A stretch of DNA of 64,000 nt from Eledone cirrhosa. Lineage: Eukaryota. The notes under the pieces are model-generated. The model was not told the DNA's origin. It was given only the letters and a program-made list of their open reading frames with translations, and ran no database searches. The translations under genes and the position numbers were made by a program. The stretch covers positions 153,202,001-153,266,000 of the forward strand of contig OZ024743.1 in assembly GCA_964016885.1 (NCBI GenBank), written 5' to 3'. Of this stretch, positions 58,125 to 64,000 are shown piece after piece; within the stretch, counting starts at the first letter, position 1; the number at the start of each line of letters is the position of its first letter.

Positions 58125-59035
58125 TCGAAATATAATACGTGAATGTAATAGATAAAATCCATGGGGCTGAAAATCGAGGACCCGAGGGCGACCGCTATCT
58201 TGCACCTTCTACCTTTGCCAGTCGCCCTCGAGTGACGTGGCTAAAGCTCATAGTGTGCTACTGCCGGTCAGATAAAGGAAAACAGAAAGGGATGGGAACA
58301 AGACAAAAGAAAGAAAGGAAGGAGAGAGAAGAAGGGGGAAGGAAGAAGAAGAGAAGCCAGGGTTAATGTCAGCTATAAGAAGAAAGACAGAAAGAAAAAG
58401 GAGGAAAGGTCGGTATTACAGTCAGGCCAGGATTGTCGCGAAGAAATTTTTTTATTCTATGGGACCCGTATCTAAACAAAGACTACCGGTCATATATAGG
58501 CAAACAAAAAGGGGGAAGGAAGATAAGTCTGCGAGAGGAAGACAGAAAGAGGGGAGAAAAGAAGGAAGAAAAGGAAGAAGTAGAAGAGTAAGGGTTGATG
58601 GCTACAGGAAAGAAGATAGAAAGAAAGAGGAAGAAAGGTCGATATTAATGTCAGACTACAGTCAGGCCAGGAGTGGCGCGAGAAAATGTTCACAGGGACC
58701 CGTATCTTAGCAGAGGTGAATATGGTGGGGGTCAGTGTGTTATAATGTGTGAGCAGAAGATTGGAACGTTACGTTTTTGTTTAGACTTATAGGATGAAGT
58801 TAAAAATTAATAATTAATATTTAATATTAAAGAAATTAGAAAATTTAAAGTTAAACAGTTTAACATTTTAAGGTTGATATATCTAATAGTTCTGATTTGA
58901 TCTGTAACCTAAAGGTACTATGTGGCGGTTAAAAACCGGCCGCGCTCCGGGGCCCCGGGGCGAATTAAGCCACTCCGGGTCCTCGATTTTCAGCCCCATG
59001 GATTTTATCTATTACATTCAGGTATTATATTTCGA

Positions 59036-59093
59036 ATACCTGATGATATCACCGGATTCATACGGAACCCTGTCATTGAAATGATCATAGTAT
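59036..59093 (+). ncRNA. Type I hammerhead (inverted terminal copy)
   Basis: ATAC-CTGATGA-tatcaccgg..cctgtcatt-GAAA-T gatc A-TA|GTAT, with palindromic GATC loop. Confidence 0.72.
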
Positions 59094-59310
59094 AATAAAC
59101 CTTTCAAGGATTTACACAAATCCAGCCTCCTGTCATTTCATTATAATATTTAACTCCGTAATAGCACCACCAACTACAAAAACAAAGACGGTTGAACTGC
59201 TTTACGTTGAGTACTCTCTATATTATCACATTACGATTGACCATACGGAATAGACCAGCTCTATACAGTGGTGAACCTCAAACCTGAATAAATATATATA
59301 TATATATATA

Positions 59311-60212
59311 TAATACAATATGTTGAAAGGGTAACATACTAGAGAGAGAGAAAGATCGCGTGCCATCAATAAAACAGCGAAAACCACCAGTGTATGGAAT
59401 CTATAACCTATGAAGTCAGGGTAGACACACAATAATTAAAAATATAAATTAAAATGCATATACGCACCGCTATAACTATATAACACACGCGTACAAATCC
59501 AAACAGATATGTTTCGCCAGGAAATTGTTGACTGAAATGGATTCGCCTATGAGTCATCAGCGCGTGTAAGACAATACATTCCAGACAACTCTAAGAAAAT
59601 CTAAGACAGCCGACTAGCTACACGCGGCAGAGAGATGTGACAGCGTGCGTAGGACAGTGAACCAGTGGTATCCGAGGGACGAGCTGCTAGAAAGGGCAGC
59701 CCCAAAACCACTCAATGAAATGTGCTCAACCAAACAGAGAAAGAGGAAAGACTGTTATAAGGAGCGAAATATCACGATAAATTAACGGAACCATAGACTC
59801 TCGTTATTCCCTGTAAATTATGTGCACAAAGGAACGGTTGTCTTAGATTCTCTTAGAGTTGTCTGGAATGTATTGTATTCCACGCATGATGACCAATAGG
59901 CGAATCCATTTCAGTCAACAATTTCCTGGCGAAACATATCTCTTTGGATTTGAACGCGTGTGTTATATAGTTATAGAAGTGCGTATATACATTTTAATTT
60001 ATATTTTTAATTATTGTGTGTCTACCCTGCCTTCATAAGTTATAGATTCCATACATTGGTAGTTTTCCATGTTTTATTGATGGCACACTCTCTCTCTAGT
60101 GTGTTACCCTTTCAACATATTGTATTTTAAAGAGCTCAGGATTCCTTTTCCTTTGAGCACATTATTTACAGGAAATAACGAGAGTCTATGGCTCCGTTAA
60201 TTTATCGTGATA
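59311..60212. repeat. Fold-back pLTR-like region downstream of the last PLE
   Basis: 59312-59611 is inverted relative to 59836-60126, and 59770-59820 relative to 60162-60212. Confidence 0.8.
59485..59567 (-). ncRNA. Type I hammerhead with long stems II and III
   Basis: Minus strand reads ACACGCG-CTGATGA-ctcatagg...cctggc-GAAAC-atatct gttt ggattt-GTA|CGCGTGT. 7-bp stem I; the base of stem II is imperfect. Confidence 0.7.
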
Positions 60213-60658
60213 TATATATAAAAGAATGGAGGTGTAACACACGAGTTGTGATATATTGATTTTGCGCCACATGTAGGTTTGTCGGAAGAGTGTCCTTTAT
60301 CGCCTGATTGAGAAGTCACTGAAAAAATAAATCTTTTAAGACAAATATGTGTGTGTGTGTGTGTAGTAAAGAGGTTCATTGTTGTGATAATGGGTAGTGG
60401 GGATGTGTGTGTGAATTGCAGTCATGTTGAAAGGTCAACAGTTCAGGTGTCTATTAAGACAAATATGTGTGTGTGTGTGTAGCATAGTGGTTCTTGGTAG
60501 AGGGATTCGGTCAGTAGGAATGTGTCTGTACGTGTGTGGGGGATATTTTAACATGTTGAAAGATATTTTTCAGCTCTTGTCTTATACGGAGAAGTGTGTG
60601 TGTGTGTATATGTCTGTTTGTATGTTAGTGTATGTGTGTGTGTGTATGTGTGTGTGTT

Positions 60659-60731
<73 letters not shown>

Positions 60732-61195
60732 GTGTGGATGGACCAGTATTTTTGTGATACTGGTAAAAATGGTGTACATTATTCGATATTTTCAATAATT
60801 TGCAAAAACGATTCTCTCAAAAGAACATCAAAAACATTAATAATAAAAGGGGTGAAATGATGTATAGTATTGTCATAACACCAAGGTGTGTGTGAGTGTC
60901 CAGATTGTACGTACTGAAAGGGGAATCCATTAGGCCCTGCCGTATGGGAATACTTGTGTACAAATATGTATGTGCCCATCAGTGTGCAATGCATGTGTGC
61001 GTATATGTATGTGTGTGTGTCGGCACGTTTATATCTATAGACATCAAAATGTATGCAAATTTGTGTATATCTGTGTGTGCACCATAGAACATGTGTGTTT
61101 ACGTATGTCATTGTGTTTATATGTGGATAGAAATGTATGTAGGATGTATGCTGATGTAGGTATGTATGTTGACGTGTGTATGTTGTGGGTTCGTC

Positions 61196-62466
61196 TTAGG
61201 GAGAAGTGTTTAGACGGGGTCCGTATTTGTTAATAAAGTGAGATTCCTTGCTGATGCGCTGGGTGTGGGTGGCCTTATCTTTAAATTTGTAGAGGGGAAA
61301 GATTCTAAAGTTCGGATGATTTTGGGCGGCACAGGTATCAATGTGTTCACTCAGTGGTATTTTTCTGTATTCCCGTATTTTAATTTGTGATCTATGGACA
61401 GTCATGCGTTGGCGGAGGCTGTTTTTAATCTGACCTATGTATTGTTCTCGACAACCTGAGTAAGGTAATACATATATTAGATTTTCTGATGCGCATATGA
61501 AATTGTATTTTACTATAAAACGTTGTCCTTCTTTGAAATAGAATTCCGAACCCTCTATTAGGTTGATGCATATGCCACAGTTGGGTCTATCGCATTTTTT
61601 TACTGTGGGTTTCGTTGTTGTGGTTGGCAGTATTTTGGCATATGTTAGGATGTTTTTCATTGACTTAGATTGTCTTTTGCTCTTTATGATATCGTGTGTT
61701 CGAAGGATTTGGTTCATTCTATGGTCCTTTTTATCACAGGGATGTTATGGAGGATGGTGTCAAAGGCCTCATTGTTGAGGGGGTTGTGTGTGTAGATGTA
61801 TGGAAGAGCTTTTAGTTTCGGTTGATTTACTTTAGGGTGTCTAAGGTCCTGGGTACTGAGATTTAGGGCACGTTGGATTCCATTGTCAATTAGTGATTCA
61901 GGGTAGTCCCTGCCTATGAGTGTGTCCTTTAGTTCTTGTAGCCGTAAGTAACAGGTGTTTTTATTGGAGAATATAGTACAGATTCACTTGGCTAAGTTGT
62001 AGGGAATATTAATTTTAACGTGTCTAGGGTGGCAAGAGTTGAAAGGAAGATATTGCTTGGAGTCTGTGCGCTTGTAGTATATGTCTGTTTCTATTTTTTT
62101 GTTATGAATCTTAATGAGGATGTCGAGGAATGCGAATTGATGATGGTTGTATTCCATCGTAAAGTTAATATTCGTGTTGAGCCCATTTATAAGGGTGTGA
62201 AATTCTTTAAGTTTCTCGACATTTTCGTGCCAAAGGATGAAGGAGTCATCGAGATATCGCTTCCAGTTCTTTTCTATGTGTAATTGGAGAGTGTTTCCAA
62301 ATTTGTTTAGTACCTTAGTGTAGTGGGTAATTTCCAGGTATCCCATGACTAGGTTGGCATAAGTGGGGGCTGTTTTCGTTCCCATAGCTGTCCCAGATTT
62401 CTGCCTGTAGGATTTGTTATTGAAAACTAAGTAATTGTTCTCCAAGAACAAAATCAATTTTAACAT
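61196..62466 (-). pseudogene. PLE RT plus GIY-YIG of a second lineage (Neptune-like), 5'-truncated and frameshifted
   Basis: Motifs GTAMGTKTAPTYANL, RYLDD, FLDILI, SCHP, KCDRPNCGIC and NLIYVL..YIGQ..LRQRMTVHRSQI. Confidence 0.92.
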
Positions 62467-62807
62467 TCACGTGTCCTCTACCGACCAATCAAAATTGTTT
62501 TGACTACAATAATTTTTGCAACACGAATTGGCGCGAAATGTATAGTACTCATTCACTTGACATTCAACAACCAACCAAATCTTAATACCTCTAGAGCCAC
62601 TTTTTTCACATAAAACAGGAAGAATTTCCAAAACTGATCAGATTAGAGCAAACATCACGGGCGTTCTATCTCAAAATTATTTTTGAAAAACATTAGAAAT
62701 ACGCAACCGGTAAAAACTTAAAACTAAAACTGAATACTAACCAATACTTATTACTAATTTATACTTATTCCTAATTAAACATTTGTCAGCATTTTCTTTT
62801 CCTTTTA

Positions 62808-62992
<185 letters not shown>

Positions 62993-63013
62993 ATTAAAAT
63001 ACAATATATATAT

Positions 63014-63331
63014 ATTGTAGAGTCAGAGACACTTAGTCTTCATTAAAATGCGTCTCTCTCGGAGAAGGTCACTCTGATATAAAACCTGCGACTTCGTTTG
63101 AATCCAACGATAAAAACCAGTTCTAGATTTTGGGTAAATGCATTCGCTGTTCAGAGAGTGTGATTGGCCCCGTGCAAACCCTTTCATCGCTTAAAAAAGG
63201 TTCAAATACAGACATCTCTTGGTATGTGACATTTTTGCAATGCATGGCTTCGCTGGCTATAGCTAAGTCCTTAGCAAGGCTAAAAAGCCGTATCCGTGAT
63301 ATTCATGCCTAAGCATTAAGTGAAGGATTAC
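63014..63331 (-). repeat. Inverted copy of the 55138-55450 repeat
   Basis: ttgtagagtcagagac...catgcctaagcat is the reverse complement of the 55.1-55.4 kb copy. Confidence 0.85.
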
Positions 63332-63381
63332 CCGACATCCTCAAATATGCTGGTAAAAAACTGTTACGTAGGCTATTTTAG

Positions 63382-63437
<56 letters not shown>

Positions 63438-63516
63438 TGATACGGAGAGGGACCATCGCTAACATTGGATTGGACATCGGTAAGAAAGTTTTTTTTATAT
63501 CGATGTTTGACGGGCA

Positions 63517-63637
63517 TCCACTGATGATTTATAAGTGCCCACCTGCATATATTCCTACGGAATATGTGCAGGCTTCTACATAACCTGGACACATTTTCCT
63601 AACTTGTAGAAAACTTATAATGAAACAATTGTTTGGA
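63517..63637 (+). ncRNA. Type I hammerhead with a branched insert in stem II
   Basis: TCCA-CTGATGA-tTTATAAGT-[hairpins CCTGCATATATTCC/GGAATATGTGCAGG and TTCTACA/TGTAGAA]-ACTTATAAt-GAAAC-aatt-GTT|TGGA. Confidence 0.8.
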
Positions 63638-64000
63638 AAGGGAGATATATTTTAATTATGTCTCATATAAAATAATACAACTGGCTTTCCGCAAAATACA
63701 TATAGTTAGCACCCCAAACGTAAAATTGGGATTATACTAAGGTATATCCTAATGTTTGTTGAGTGAGATGGAAGCCAGTCAGAGTATAAAGCTTTCTCTA
63801 TTAATGTATTGAATATTATACTCTTGATTTGGCCTGAGATGAATATTTCCAGATACTATTTAAGCGTAACTTTCCGTATTTATTATTACTATGTAATATT
63901 GATTGTTATTCTGGTATCATATCTCTGTTTTTAGCCTAAGAAAATACCTATATGCGTGTATAAATAATACATGCATATATTTATTTTTAAAAAATCTAAT

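Larger units (their letters stand above)
55942..59292 (-). mobile_element. Large non-coding retrozyme/PLE-like element: ~2.07-kb unit between direct repeats, plus an inverted terminal copy
   Basis: 55942-56697 matches 58012-58977 directly. 58976-59292 is the reverse complement of 57866-58184. Three HHR copies, (TA)n at both ends, no credible ORF. Confidence 0.85.

Noticed and set aside
58139-58710. Arg/Lys/Glu-rich ORFs in the 2-kb element
   Set aside because: They arise from purine-rich low-complexity sequence and are not preserved in the other direct repeat (stop at ~56203 and indels).
62679-62716. TTGAAAA...GCAAC-cg-GTA degenerate hammerhead
   Set aside because: The GAAA is mutated and the base of stem II is unpaired. 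It is a plausible relic but not supportable as a feature.

Overview
AT-rich, repeat-saturated eukaryotic genomic DNA. The SINE, RTE-LINE and microsatellite content suggests an octopus-like cephalopod, but this is inference. I found no intact host gene and no rRNA, tRNA or CRISPR array. Most short ORFs in the track are translations of (TA)n/(CA)n microsatellites. The window holds about 8 decayed Penelope-like retroelement (PLE; RT plus GIY-YIG) fragments, several RTE-type LINE fragments, 7 tRNA-derived SINE copies, a mariner, a hAT/Buster remnant, a Ty3/Gypsy gag remnant and a Helitron-like non-autonomous insert. The main signal is about 20 type I hammerhead ribozyme (HHR) motifs read by eye, roughly 8 of them apparently intact. 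They lie in PLE terminal repeats and in at least 6 non-coding, fold-back, retrozyme-like families of about 0.3-2 kb that sit at (TA)n tracts. Several use the non-canonical U3-A8 core (UUGAnAA), and one family co-varies between C3-G8 and U3-A8. Others carry 55-90 nt structured inserts in stem II. All folds and boundaries were determined by eye and need computational and biochemical confirmation.
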